Of a stretch of DNA of 43,342 nt, positions 16,241-26,070 are shown in pieces. The notes below the pieces were generated by a model. It was not told the DNA's origin, made no database searches, and was given only the letters and a program-made list of their open reading frames with translations. The stretch's first letter is position 1, and each line of letters starts with the position of its first letter. Source of the stretch: a virus. Taxonomy: Duplodnaviria; Caudoviricetes. The position numbers and the translations under genes were made by a program. Location of the stretch: positions 1-43,342 of IMG/VR virus record IMGVR_UViG_3300033067_000406; one strand, 5' to 3'.

Positions 16241-17945
16241 TACCCCGAAGTCTGACATCGTAGAAGCCAAACTACCGTGTATCGGCTGCTCGTCCAGCGA
16301 CGGGTTCGCTATCTACGATGACGGCCACGGGTTCTGCTTTGTAGAGAACAAGCTGTATAGCGCCAGGCAATGCAAGGAGGCTGGCATGGATGTGGGCTCC
16401 CCGAGCCGCGCTCCTGTCCAGGCCGCCCCTAAGGCATCAGCCGAGATAGAGCAGTTCCTCGCCACGGCTAAGGCCCAGCCGATCTCCTCCCGGAAACTCA
16501 CCCTGGCGTCAACCAAGCGGTGGGACTACCGGGTGCGCCGCAACCCGCGCAAGGGCACCGTAGAGTCTCTCGCCTCGTACCGGGACAAGAGCGGAAAGGT
16601 GGTCGCCGTCAAGGTTCGCACGGAGGAGCCCAAGGACTTCCGCTGGGAGGGGGACGCCAAGCATGTCCTCCTCTATGGCCAGTGGATGTGGGGCTCCGGG
16701 GGGAAGCACCTAATCATCACTGAGGGAGAACTCGATGCGATCACTGTGTCCCAAGTGTTCGACCATAAGTACCCTGTTGTCAGTGTACCGGGCGGCGCCG
16801 CTGGAGCAGCAAAGGCTATTGCGGCAAACCTTGAATGGGTCAACTCATTTTCCCGCGTTGTGTTTATGTTCGACATGGACGACCCCGGCCAAGACGCGGC
16901 CAAGGAGTGCGCCGGGCTCCTCGCTCCTGGGAAGGCGTTCATAGCGTGGCTCCCCGAGAAGGATCCTAGTGATTGCTTAGTCAAGGACCGCGAGGAGGAC
17001 ATCAAGACCGGCTTCTGGAACGCCACCAAGTTCAAGATCGGTGGGGTGGTTGACGCACGGACGCTCTCCATCAAGTGCAAGCAGAAGATCTCGGTGGGCC
17101 TCCCGTGGGCCTGGAACTTCATGACCCGGTGGACCTTTGGGAAGCGCCCCGGGGAAGTCATGGTGCTGGGCTCCGGGACCGGCATGGGCAAGAGCGACCT
17201 CGTTACGCAGGACGCGGCGAGTACCATCACGGGCACCACCGAGGACGGCATCGTGTCCAAGCCCCGCGCGCTCGGCTTGTTCAACTACGAAGCGATTGAC
17301 TACCGGATCAAACTACAGGTGGCCGGCAAGATCGCCTCCCGCCGCTTCCACCTCCCCAACATGCCGGAGTTCGGCTTCGATGCAGGATGGACTGAGGAGG
17401 AGCGGGACGCCACGCTGGCCGCTATGGACGGTAAGATCTGGGATGCAGGGGGTCGCCTCTACATCAACGAGGATGGGTTCAACGCTAACTGGGACGACAT
17501 AGTTTCCCGGATGCGCTACCTGGCTAAGGCCGAGGAGGTCCACGAGTTTGTCATAGATCCTATGGGCGCCATCGTGGCGGACATGGATGAGGATGACGAG
17601 CGCAAGTTCCTGGACGGCATGATGCGAGAAGCCGCTAGCCTCTCCCAGGAGTTGGCCTCCAATCTCCTCTTTGTGTCCCACCTTACGCGGCCAGCCTTTG
17701 GACCCAGTCACGAGGAGGGTGGGCACGTAAGGCTCAACCAATTCCGTGGCTCCAACGCCATCGGTATGTTCCCCGCCTTCGTGTTCGGCCTGGAGAGAAA
17801 CCAACAGGCGGAAGACCCCGAGGAGCGGAAGAGAGCCACCGTGCGCGTTGTCAAGGATCGTCTCTCGGGGCTTTACACCGGGGCTACCGAGAGCCTATAC
17901 TACGACTCCATCAGCGGGACGCTGGACACCGAGAACGAGGGCTGA
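16221..17945 (+). CDS. DNA primase/helicase (T7 gp4-like)
   Basis: CxxCxSSDG Zn motif, TOPRIM ITEGELDA and FDMDDPG, Walker A GSGTGMGKS, VSHL, RGS. Confidence 0.96.
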   Translation: MAKAKADTPKSDIVEAKLPCIGCSSSDGFAIYDDGHGFCFVENKLYSARQCKEAGMDVGSPSRAPVQAAPKASAEIEQFLATAKAQPISSRKLTLASTKRWDYRVRRNPRKGTVESLASYRDKSGKVVAVKVRTEEPKDFRWEGDAKHVLLYGQWMWGSGGKHLIITEGELDAITVSQVFDHKYPVVSVPGGAAGAAKAIAANLEWVNSFSRVVFMFDMDDPGQDAAKECAGLLAPGKAFIAWLPEKDPSDCLVKDREEDIKTGFWNATKFKIGGVVDARTLSIKCKQKISVGLPWAWNFMTRWTFGKRPGEVMVLGSGTGMGKSDLVTQDAASTITGTTEDGIVSKPRALGLFNYEAIDYRIKLQVAGKIASRRFHLPNMPEFGFDAGWTEEERDATLAAMDGKIWDAGGRLYINEDGFNANWDDIVSRMRYLAKAEEVHEFVIDPMGAIVADMDEDDERKFLDGMMREAASLSQELASNLLFVSHLTRPAFGPSHEEGGHVRLNQFRGSNAIGMFPAFVFGLERNQQAEDPEERKRATVRVVKDRLSGLYTGATESLYYDSISGTLDTENEG

Positions 17946-17948
17946 CAA

Positions 17949-18764
17949 GTGAACCCCAGCGAAGCATCAGCCGGCCGCGTAGAGGCGCTACACTCTGGAC
18001 AGAAACTCGCCAGGATCTTCGAGGAGTTACTCAACGAGGCTGGCTACCACGGCCCGGTTGCTGTCGCCGGGGGGTATCTTAGGGATGTGGCACTCTACCG
18101 CACCCCAAAAGATCTTGACCTTTTCCTTGACGGAGGTATAGTTGGGGATATGTCGGGTGCCGAGGAATTGGCCGCGACGATTGCCAATCGCCTCGTAGGG
18201 GCAACGGTTGGTCGCTCTATCCCCTGCTACGGGGAGTGGGCGGAAGACATAGCCTGTGTGGTGCCAATTATCTTGGATCCTGCCAAGACACCTATTGACA
18301 CCTGGCCGAAAGGCTGTAGTATCCCACAGGACATTGACCTAGTGATCCTTTTGAGGGATCGTTTGGTAGAAGGGGGCTTCCGGCCCCGACTGGTGAATGA
18401 CGCCTACAATCAGGAACTATTCCTGAAGGCGTGTCTAGCGCGAGTGGACTTGAGACTGAACGCCCTTGGGTCCACCCCAGCGTTCACCCATGCGTCCCCC
18501 TCCTGGGATATGGACGCTTATAACTCTCGGCTGGTCCTCCAAAAGACCAGAGACGGCGACTTCGAACGCATAGCTGTACGCCTGTACAAGCTGCTTTTGG
18601 ATAAGTACCGAGGGTGGAAGCCTTACCGTGAAGACACCCAAAGCGGATCTCTCCTCACCGAGATTGATCCCGGCTGGCTCAAAGGTAGATACCAAGAGTG
18701 GCTCGACAAGCGCCACCCGGGCTCCGAAGCGCCGAGCCTCGCTCCTGGAGATGTCCCAGAGTGA
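17949..18764 (+). CDS. nucleotidyltransferase (CCA/poly(A) polymerase head-like)
   Basis: AGGYLRD...PKDLDLF signature. Confidence 0.82.
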   Translation: MNPSEASAGRVEALHSGQKLARIFEELLNEAGYHGPVAVAGGYLRDVALYRTPKDLDLFLDGGIVGDMSGAEELAATIANRLVGATVGRSIPCYGEWAEDIACVVPIILDPAKTPIDTWPKGCSIPQDIDLVILLRDRLVEGGFRPRLVNDAYNQELFLKACLARVDLRLNALGSTPAFTHASPSWDMDAYNSRLVLQKTRDGDFERIAVRLYKLLLDKYRGWKPYREDTQSGSLLTEIDPGWLKGRYQEWLDKRHPGSEAPSLAPGDVPE

Positions 18765-20910
18765 AGCGCCTCCTGGATCATCCGGCCCTAGTGTGGATGC
18801 TGCTAGCGTTGCCGGCGGGTTGCTTCCTGATGGCGGCCCTCTCCTAGCCTTTTGGGACGTTGAGAGCAACGGGCTCCTCGACACGATCTCCAAGCTGCAT
18901 TGTGTCGGGGTGGACTTCGAGGGAGCCGGCACCAAGAAGGTCATCTCCGCTGCGGACCAACCTGGCTACCAGCCCTGTGCTGAAGCCCTTCAGGCACTTG
19001 CCCTAGCGGACATCCGCATCGGCCACAATTCGCTTGACTTCGATGAGCGGGCTGTCATGCGGCTGTTTCCCCAGGTGGACCTCTCTAAGGGTCGCCCCCT
19101 GGACACGCTCATTATAGCGCGTCTCCTATTCGCCAAGCCCCAGAAGACCGCCCCGAACAACCACAAGGTCCCGCCCCAGTTGCGGAGTCGTCACTCGCTG
19201 GAAGCTTGGGGGTATCGCCTCGGGGAGCATAAGACCCACTACGATCCTCCCAAGGACGAACACGGTAACCTGTGGCAGATCTGGGAGCCGCCGATGCAGG
19301 CGTACATGATGCAGGACATCAAGACGCTGCGGAAGCTGTTCACCTTCCTGATGAGCCGCAAGCCCTCTCAGCGGGCTATCACCATCGAGCATGACTTCTC
19401 CCAGATCATGGCCCGCCAGGAAGCGTGGGGCTTCAAATTCAACATGCCCAAAGCCCAGGCCCTCGCCGCGAGACTCCACAAGGATGAGCGCGAGATGGAG
19501 GCCAAGCTGGTCTCCCACTTCGGAGAGTGGTGGGCGCCCGATAACGAAGTCTATGTGAAGAAGACCCGCAAGGTGAAGATGCTGGGCTTCCCCGATGTGA
19601 CCCGCCTACGCTTCAACGAGAAGGGCAAGGCCCTAAAGCCCTACGTGGGGCCGCCGCTCATGGAGTATGAAGAGGGCGCCAGTTACACTCCGGTGGAGCG
19701 CCGGGTGTTCAACCCCAAGTCCCGCGATGACGTGAAGTTCAAGCTGGCGCAAATGTACGGGTGGAAGCCCACCAAGTTCAACATGCCAACGAAGAACAAG
19801 AAGACGGGCAAGATGAACCCGCCCTCCCCGAAGATTGACGATGAGGTGCTGCGCCAGTTGCCGTGGCCCGAGGCCCAAAAGCTAGCGGACTACTACGTGG
19901 TTATCAAAGCCATCGGGTATCTGTCCTCGGGAGCGAACGCCTGGTTGTCCCTCGCCCAGACTGCCGGCAAGTGCCCGTGCTGCGGGGAGGAGACCTTCCG
20001 TATCCACGGCCGGGTTATCCACATCGGGACGTACACCCATCGGTGCGCCCACATGAAGCCCAACATGGGGCAAGTGATCTCGGTGGTGAAGGACGAGCAA
20101 AAGGAACCTGTCTATGGACTGGCTGGTGGATATGGTGCGGATTGCCGAGAACTATTCGAGGCTACCCACGGGTTTGTCCTTTGCGGGACGGACGCGAGCG
20201 GTATTCAGTTGCGCCTCTTCGGCCATTACCTGGCTCCGTTTGACGGAGGTGAGTACGCGCGGATCGTGGATAAGGAGGATCCTCACGCTTGGCTTCGTGA
20301 TGTTGTTGGGTGCGATCTGCTCGGGCCTGGCGATATTGGGCGGGGCAAGGGGAAGACCATCGGCTACGCGCGGCTCCTTGGCGGCGGTGATCTCCGGTTG
20401 GGCCAGATCGCGGCACCGGATGAGAAAGCGCCGGAGCAAAAGAAGGTCGGAAAGCTAATCAGGGATCGCCTGGCCAAGCGGTTCGGCGCCGAGATCCTGC
20501 TCAAGGAGGCGGTCACGGCGAAGGTCATGGAGCGCGGCTACGTGATCGGGCTGGATGGTCGCCGGGTGGATGTCCTAAAGGCGCACACAGGGCTGGCGAC
20601 TCTCCTGCAATCCGGGGAGGCCATCGTGATGAAGCTGGCCATCAAGATCCTCGATAGGATACTCCAGGAGGAACTCGGGTGGAGGTGCGGTGTGTTGCCC
20701 TCGGGTTTGCTCCGGCCGATTGACGAGGTGGACTACGAGTTCTGTGCAAACGTCCACGATGAGTTCCAGACTGATGTTCGCCCGCACCTATCCAAGCAGT
20801 ACCGCGAGCAGGCGGACGGTAGCATCGTAAAGGCCGGTGAGATCCTCAAGTTGCAATGCCCGCTCAAGGGCGATAGCCGCGAAGGCAAGAACTGGCTTGA
20901 GACACACTAA
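18751..20910 (+). CDS. family A DNA polymerase (T7 gp5-like) with 3'-5' exonuclease; start uncertain
   Basis: ExoI DVESNG, ExoII GHNxxxFD, ExoII-III HSLEAWG and YxxQD, thioredoxin-binding-type insert ending YTPVERRVFNPKSR, motifs DASGIQLR, KTIGYA, VHDE. Confidence 0.96.
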   Translation: MSQSEAPPGSSGPSVDAASVAGGLLPDGGPLLAFWDVESNGLLDTISKLHCVGVDFEGAGTKKVISAADQPGYQPCAEALQALALADIRIGHNSLDFDERAVMRLFPQVDLSKGRPLDTLIIARLLFAKPQKTAPNNHKVPPQLRSRHSLEAWGYRLGEHKTHYDPPKDEHGNLWQIWEPPMQAYMMQDIKTLRKLFTFLMSRKPSQRAITIEHDFSQIMARQEAWGFKFNMPKAQALAARLHKDEREMEAKLVSHFGEWWAPDNEVYVKKTRKVKMLGFPDVTRLRFNEKGKALKPYVGPPLMEYEEGASYTPVERRVFNPKSRDDVKFKLAQMYGWKPTKFNMPTKNKKTGKMNPPSPKIDDEVLRQLPWPEAQKLADYYVVIKAIGYLSSGANAWLSLAQTAGKCPCCGEETFRIHGRVIHIGTYTHRCAHMKPNMGQVISVVKDEQKEPVYGLAGGYGADCRELFEATHGFVLCGTDASGIQLRLFGHYLAPFDGGEYARIVDKEDPHAWLRDVVGCDLLGPGDIGRGKGKTIGYARLLGGGDLRLGQIAAPDEKAPEQKKVGKLIRDRLAKRFGAEILLKEAVTAKVMERGYVIGLDGRRVDVLKAHTGLATLLQSGEAIVMKLAIKILDRILQEELGWRCGVLPSGLLRPIDEVDYEFCANVHDEFQTDVRPHLSKQYREQADGSIVKAGEILKLQCPLKGDSREGKNWLETH

Positions 20911-21212
20911 TGAAAGATTGGCAAGAAGCAGCCTTCGTCCTGTATCAGATCTGGGCAAGGCCAATCACTACTAAATCTGATAAAGCGCGCGACTGGGCCG
21001 ATACCCTGTTGTGGGCCACGGCAAGGGATTACCTCACTACCGAGGTCGCCCCGTGGACACGTCAGTACGGCAACATCATTAAGGTGACCCCTAAGGGGTT
21101 GCTGTTCTTAGAGGAGGTTCTCTACGGCTTAGACCGGGAGTTCATCCTAGGTATGCTCAATGGTGACTTTGAACAAGCTGGCCAACTCGAAGGCTCGTTT
21201 CGCCTTGATTGA
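20910..21212 (+). CDS. T7 gp5.7-like protein (putative host RNA polymerase inhibitor)
   Basis: position between polymerase and exonuclease; PITTKSDKARD...ATARDYLT...VTPKGLLFL parallels recalled gp5.7 PKTFQSNYVRN...AASRGHIS...ITASGTRFL. Confidence 0.65.
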   Translation: MKDWQEAAFVLYQIWARPITTKSDKARDWADTLLWATARDYLTTEVAPWTRQYGNIIKVTPKGLLFLEEVLYGLDREFILGMLNGDFEQAGQLEGSFRLD

Positions 21213-22137
21213 CTCCGATAGCGTCCTCTATGCGGTCGCCCTGGGATCTGTGATGATCTCTAAGGGAACTGGCGAGGATGGCGCCGATGAGGTCTTCCAG
21301 GTGAAGGACGGAATGGAGTGCTACCGCGAGGTTGTCTCCCGGTTGGAGACGCTCGTGCAGGAGGTGGGCGCCGAGGATGCTCTCATCTGTTTGACCCCGC
21401 CTGGTAAGTCGTATCGCTACGATCTGCTCCCCACGTACAAGGCCAACCGTAAGAACGTCAAGGCACCTGACGTGTTGTTGCCGCTCAAGGCGCTCATCGC
21501 CAAGCACAAGCCCTTCGGTGTCCTCGCGGTGCGCGGGCTCGAAGCGGACGACATCTGCGGTATCACCCAGGGGTCGCTCCAGCGAGCCAATCTTCGAGAG
21601 CCTGTGATCGTGTCCATTGACAAGGACATGCTCCAGATCCCCGGGTTGAACTACTCGTGGATGTCCGCTGCTCGCAACGGCACGGTGGGTGAACTCCACG
21701 AGGTGACGGGCTTTGCGGGCGACCGTATGCACCTCTACCAAACTCTGGTTGGAGACGTAGTGGACAACTATACGGGATGCCCCGGGATTGGCCCGGTGAA
21801 GGCCGACAAGATCCTCAATGGGAGCATGGAGGCCCACGGCGAACTGTGCTGGAAGTGGGTTATGGACGCTTTCAAAAAGAAGGGGCTCGATGAAAGTTAC
21901 GCATTGACACAGGCGCGTGTTGCCCGTATCTTGCGTGACACGGACTGGAACCCCAAACTCAAGGAAGTGACACTGTGGACGCCGCCTCCGAACGGGTTCT
22001 CCGAGTGCAGCCAAGGGGAGAAGCCTACCACTGGTGTTATTGCCAGGGACTCGGCGCCCACGTCCGAAGCGACATCTCCTGCATCGGCCCCTTCAAAGAT
22101 CATTCTGGACGAAAGACTGGGAGCCACGTTGCACTGA
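21160..22137 (+). CDS. 5'-3' exonuclease (T7 gp6-like)
   Basis: LIDSD, YKANRK, LEADD, SIDKDM, GDVVDNYTGCPGIGPVKA. Confidence 0.95.
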   Translation: MVTLNKLANSKARFALIDSDSVLYAVALGSVMISKGTGEDGADEVFQVKDGMECYREVVSRLETLVQEVGAEDALICLTPPGKSYRYDLLPTYKANRKNVKAPDVLLPLKALIAKHKPFGVLAVRGLEADDICGITQGSLQRANLREPVIVSIDKDMLQIPGLNYSWMSAARNGTVGELHEVTGFAGDRMHLYQTLVGDVVDNYTGCPGIGPVKADKILNGSMEAHGELCWKWVMDAFKKKGLDESYALTQARVARILRDTDWNPKLKEVTLWTPPPNGFSECSQGEKPTTGVIARDSAPTSEATSPASAPSKIILDERLGATLH

Positions 22138-22628
22138 TGTTCACCAACCCCTGCAACTGCTTTGGTAAGTGTGGCCGCTTCAAGTTGGAGCAGGACTTCC
22201 ACGAGATGGGAACGGAGGGCTGCGTTCGTAGCGCACCCTCCAGTTCCTCCCCAGTGCGCGCCTTCGAGACTGGCGCCACGAGGGACACAGCGGAAGGCAA
22301 ACTGGACTTCGAGGGCTTCCTCTCCCCGCTTGTCCTCCACGCCTTTGCCGTCCACATGCAACACCATCAGCGTGACTCGGCTGGCCAATGGCGCGAGAGT
22401 GACAACTGGCAGAAGGGCATCCCGATGGACCAGTACATGAAGTCGGGCTGGCGGCACTTCTTCGATGTGTGGGCCAACCATCGCCGCGTCCTCCCCGTTC
22501 GCAAGGAGCGGATCATCCGGGCGCTGTGTGCGGTGCTGTTCAACGTCATGGGGTATCTCCACGAGTATCTCAAGGCGAACCCCGAGGCGCTGAAGGCTTT
22601 TGAAAAGGAATGTGGCTATGGGGAATAA
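22137..22628 (+). CDS. DUF5664-like dATP/dGTP diphosphohydrolase domain protein
   Basis: FETGATRD..GK, NWQKGIP, S..RH, ALCAVLFN pattern. Confidence 0.7.
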   Translation: MFTNPCNCFGKCGRFKLEQDFHEMGTEGCVRSAPSSSSPVRAFETGATRDTAEGKLDFEGFLSPLVLHAFAVHMQHHQRDSAGQWRESDNWQKGIPMDQYMKSGWRHFFDVWANHRRVLPVRKERIIRALCAVLFNVMGYLHEYLKANPEALKAFEKECGYGE

Positions 22629-22875
22629 AGTCTTCGGGCACGTTGGGGACAAGGACACCATCACAGTGGAGATGGCTGGTGAGCCTCCCCGCTTCGACAA
22701 GTCCCAGGTGGACTACTTGAAGAAGGTCTTCCAGATCGGAGGGCCGTGCCCCTTCCTGGTGCGGTCCCAAGACGATGCTACTGCGGTGGTAGCCTGGACG
22801 AGCATGGACCAGGGCCAGCGCGAAGTGATCGCCCACATCGAGAACCTCATCGCCAACCAGAAGGGCGCCATCTAG
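22618..22875 (+). CDS. hypothetical protein (T7 gp6.5 position)
   Basis: AAGGA RBS; GQREVIAHIE C-terminal pattern. Confidence 0.6.
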   Translation: MGNKVFGHVGDKDTITVEMAGEPPRFDKSQVDYLKKVFQIGGPCPFLVRSQDDATAVVAWTSMDQGQREVIAHIENLIANQKGAI

Positions 22876-22876
22876 T

Positions 22877-23164
22877 ATGTGCATCTCAACTCCCAAGGTA
22901 GGCGCCACGAATGTCCCCGCGCCCACGGACGCCTCGGCCGGCTCGCTCACGCTGGGCTCCGCTTCCATCGCCGGTAGGAACACAGGTGTCCTCGGCCGGC
23001 TCGCCCTGACAGGTGGCCAGCGTTCGGCCCGTGCGGTCTCCAATGAGGGAGCACCAACACCAACAGCCGGTAGCGACTCCTCGGGCACCCCGGGTGGCAC
23101 CATCGGTCTCCCCTCCAACTATCTCGGTAAGGCCATCTTCGGCGGATTGAAGCCCAAGCCGTGA
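22877..23164 (+). CDS. small virion/tail assembly protein (gp6.7/7.3-like)
   Basis: MC start, G/S/T-rich, immediately before the portal. Confidence 0.6.
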   Translation: MCISTPKVGATNVPAPTDASAGSLTLGSASIAGRNTGVLGRLALTGGQRSARAVSNEGAPTPTAGSDSSGTPGGTIGLPSNYLGKAIFGGLKPKP

Positions 23165-24840
23165 GCAACCAAGAAGCGAGTACCGGCAACATCAACGGTG
23201 GGAAGCAAAGCCTGAAGGCGGCCAACCGATACAACGCCCTGAAGGCTGACCGTGAGCCCTTCCTAGTGCGGGCGCGGAGATACTCCTCGCTTACCATTGG
23301 TAGCCTTTTCCGGAACGAGGGCGACAACGGTAGCACGGAAACTCCGGAAGCTTGGCAGTCCTTCGGCGCCTACTGCATCAACTCGCTGGCGTCCAAGCTG
23401 GGTCTAACCTTGTTCCCTCCCGGCATCTCCCCCATCACGCTTGACCCCGCCAAGTCCACCATTAAGGACCTGATGGATCTGGCCGGTGATGAGAAGGCCA
23501 AGGGCGATCTCCTGGTGGCCATCGAGAAGGGCCTCCGCGAGAGCGAGGTGGAGTTCACCAAGGCGATAACCCAGGACATGGACTCGGCGGTGTTCGTCAA
23601 GGGCGCCAAGTTCCTCCTCGTTGGTGGCAACTACGGGTTCCAGCAATATCAGGACGCGACTTGGCGGGGCATCCCGTTGGAGTCTTACGTGAACCTACGC
23701 GATGGCCAGGGCAATCTCCTGGAGTTCGTCATAGAGGATAACCTTGTGTGGGACACCCTACCGAAGGCGATCCGAGAGTACCTTGAACAGGTGCGCCCCA
23801 AGGAGAAGAACGCCACGGACGGCACCGAGCAGCCGGCCTACAAGGTCGCCCTCTATACCCACGGTGTCCTCGAAGAGAGCGGCGACTGGGAGATCTACCA
23901 AGAGTGCTGCGGCTACCGCATCCCGAACACCTCGTGGACCTACAAGAAGGAGTTCCTCCCGTTCCTGTTCGTCCCGTTCAACCTCCTCCCGGGTGAAAAC
24001 TATGCGCGGGCCTATGTGGAGGACTATGAGAGCGACCTCCAGGGACTCGATGGTGGGGAAGAGATCCTTACGGAAGGCACCGCCGCTGGCGCCCTGTTGA
24101 TCCGCCTGGTGAAGCCCGGCGGGGTCACCAATAAGGAGGCGCTCGCCAAGGCCCGCAACGGTGCGGTCATCACCGGGGATGGCAACGATGTGTCCGTCCT
24201 CCAGACAAACAAGAACGGCGACTTCCAGGCGTTGGAGAAGCGCGTGGAGTCCAAGGAGAGCCGGCTTGCTCGGGCGTTCCTGTTGAACTTCTCCGTGCAA
24301 CGCCAAGGGGAGCGCGTCACTGCGGAAGAGATCCGGTACTTGGCGCAAGCCCTTAATGAGCAACTCGGCTCGCTGTACCTGGAGTTGGTGAAGACCTTCC
24401 AGAAGCCGTGGGCTACTCTCAAGATGGCGGCCCTGATGCGGAACGGCCGGATGACGCCGCTCCCAAGGAAGCAGGTTAACGTCCAGATGGCGACCGGCGC
24501 GGCTGCTCTCTCGCGGCAAACCGAGTTGCAGAACCTCGATGACCTCACCATGCCGCCGAACCCTGAGATGCAGAAGCAGGCCGCCGTAGTGATTGACCCG
24601 GTGGTGTACTTCCGCCAGCGCGCGATCAAGCTGGGCATCCGCATGGACGGCCTCGTGAAGACGCAGGAACGCATTGACCAGGAGAACCAGGCCGCCCAGC
24701 AATCCGCGATGATGCAGCAAGCCACCCCAAATCTTATCAAGGCCGGTGCAGATCTTTCCGGCAAAGCCATTGACCACGCTTCAAATATGGAGCAGATTAG
24801 CGCCGAGCAATCGGCATCACCGCAGGAGACACCCGCCTAA
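23161..24840 (+). CDS. portal (head-tail connector) protein
   Basis: QSFGAYCINSLASKL..TLFP, RDGQGN, ERVTAEEIR; 559 aa. Confidence 0.95.
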   Translation: MSNQEASTGNINGGKQSLKAANRYNALKADREPFLVRARRYSSLTIGSLFRNEGDNGSTETPEAWQSFGAYCINSLASKLGLTLFPPGISPITLDPAKSTIKDLMDLAGDEKAKGDLLVAIEKGLRESEVEFTKAITQDMDSAVFVKGAKFLLVGGNYGFQQYQDATWRGIPLESYVNLRDGQGNLLEFVIEDNLVWDTLPKAIREYLEQVRPKEKNATDGTEQPAYKVALYTHGVLEESGDWEIYQECCGYRIPNTSWTYKKEFLPFLFVPFNLLPGENYARAYVEDYESDLQGLDGGEEILTEGTAAGALLIRLVKPGGVTNKEALAKARNGAVITGDGNDVSVLQTNKNGDFQALEKRVESKESRLARAFLLNFSVQRQGERVTAEEIRYLAQALNEQLGSLYLELVKTFQKPWATLKMAALMRNGRMTPLPRKQVNVQMATGAAALSRQTELQNLDDLTMPPNPEMQKQAAVVIDPVVYFRQRAIKLGIRMDGLVKTQERIDQENQAAQQSAMMQQATPNLIKAGADLSGKAIDHASNMEQISAEQSASPQETPA

Positions 24841-25970
24841 TGTACACCTACACCAACCGCCGCTTCACTTCCTCCATCATGGCCAGGCTCATGGGCTCCG
24901 CTTGCTTCATCACTGCGAACCCCGATGGTAGCGTCACCCCCACGGGTGAACCGATGACTGTCACTGTGGGTGGTGAGGTCGCCTCGCAAGGCCCGGTGAA
25001 GGAAGTCTCCTCGAAGGACGCGCCGGCCGACCCCCACGCTCCCCCTGAGACGGACGAAGCCAAGGCGGCCCGAGTCACAGCGGAGCGCGCGGCGATGTCC
25101 CCTGAAGAGCGTCAGGCGGCGGAAGCCAAGGACGCGGAGGATGCCGCCGAGGTGACCCGCCGTGCGGCCCTCACCGAGGAAGAGCGCGCTGCGGAAGACA
25201 AGGCGAAGGAAACCGAAGTGGCGGCCGCCGAGGCCGAAGCCAAGAACAAGGCATGGGCCGAGCGCGACACCGCCAAGGACGTTCCCGTTTCGGAGGAGCA
25301 GAAAGCCCAGATCGCCAAGCTGGCCAAGACCCCCGAGCAGATCGCCGCGATGGAGGAGTTCACCCTCGAAACGAACACCACCAACGATCTGTCCCCCGCG
25401 AGCCGCGCCAAGGCCGCCGCGCTATGGAACGTCACCCCGGAGATGGTGGACCAGTACGTGGCCTCGGTGATCGCCCAGAATAAGGGTGTGGTCGAAGGCG
25501 CCGCCCAGTACGATGACACCAGCGAGGACCGCTCCAAGTGGTCTCCCCAGTTCACCGCCGCGTTGACCGAGCGCCTAGATGCTCTCTATGAGGTCGCCGG
25601 GGGTGAGGACAACTGGAACCAGTTCTCGGCGTGGGCCAATGAGAACATGCCGCCGAAGGCTCTCCAGGCTCTCCAGGATGCGATCTCCGCGAGCGCCGTG
25701 GTGGGGGCGACCGTTGCAAAGACGATGATCGCTCGCTGGCAGGCGGAAGGCAACGGGGGTGGTCCGGTGGATCTGTCCCGTGGTACGGGCACCGCCCCGA
25801 AGGCCCCGACCGCTGCGGTCCAACCCTTCGCCTCCAAGGCCGAGCAGAACGCCGCGATCAATGACCCGCGCTATGCCAAGGACAGCGCCTATCGTGCGAC
25901 CGTGGATGCTCGCATGGTGGCGTCCTCCTTCCAGGCCGGACAGGAGCAGCGCATCGGCGCCATGATGTAA
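24840..25970 (+). CDS. capsid assembly scaffolding protein
   Basis: AGGEDNWNQFSAWA and DPRYAKDSAYRATV motifs; between portal and capsid. Confidence 0.9.
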   Translation: MYTYTNRRFTSSIMARLMGSACFITANPDGSVTPTGEPMTVTVGGEVASQGPVKEVSSKDAPADPHAPPETDEAKAARVTAERAAMSPEERQAAEAKDAEDAAEVTRRAALTEEERAAEDKAKETEVAAAEAEAKNKAWAERDTAKDVPVSEEQKAQIAKLAKTPEQIAAMEEFTLETNTTNDLSPASRAKAAALWNVTPEMVDQYVASVIAQNKGVVEGAAQYDDTSEDRSKWSPQFTAALTERLDALYEVAGGEDNWNQFSAWANENMPPKALQALQDAISASAVVGATVAKTMIARWQAEGNGGGPVDLSRGTGTAPKAPTAAVQPFASKAEQNAAINDPRYAKDSAYRATVDARMVASSFQAGQEQRIGAMM

Positions 25971-26070
25971 CAGCCCCAACGGGCTTCCCTCTTCCGGTCC
26001 CTGCCACAGGCTCTCAGGGGTGCCGGTTTGTTTAACCCCCTTAGAGCCGACAACGTGACGGAGTGCTTCA

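Noticed and set aside
22137-22628. Z-base (2-aminoadenine) genome system
   Set aside because: No PurZ or HD-domain dATPase recognisable
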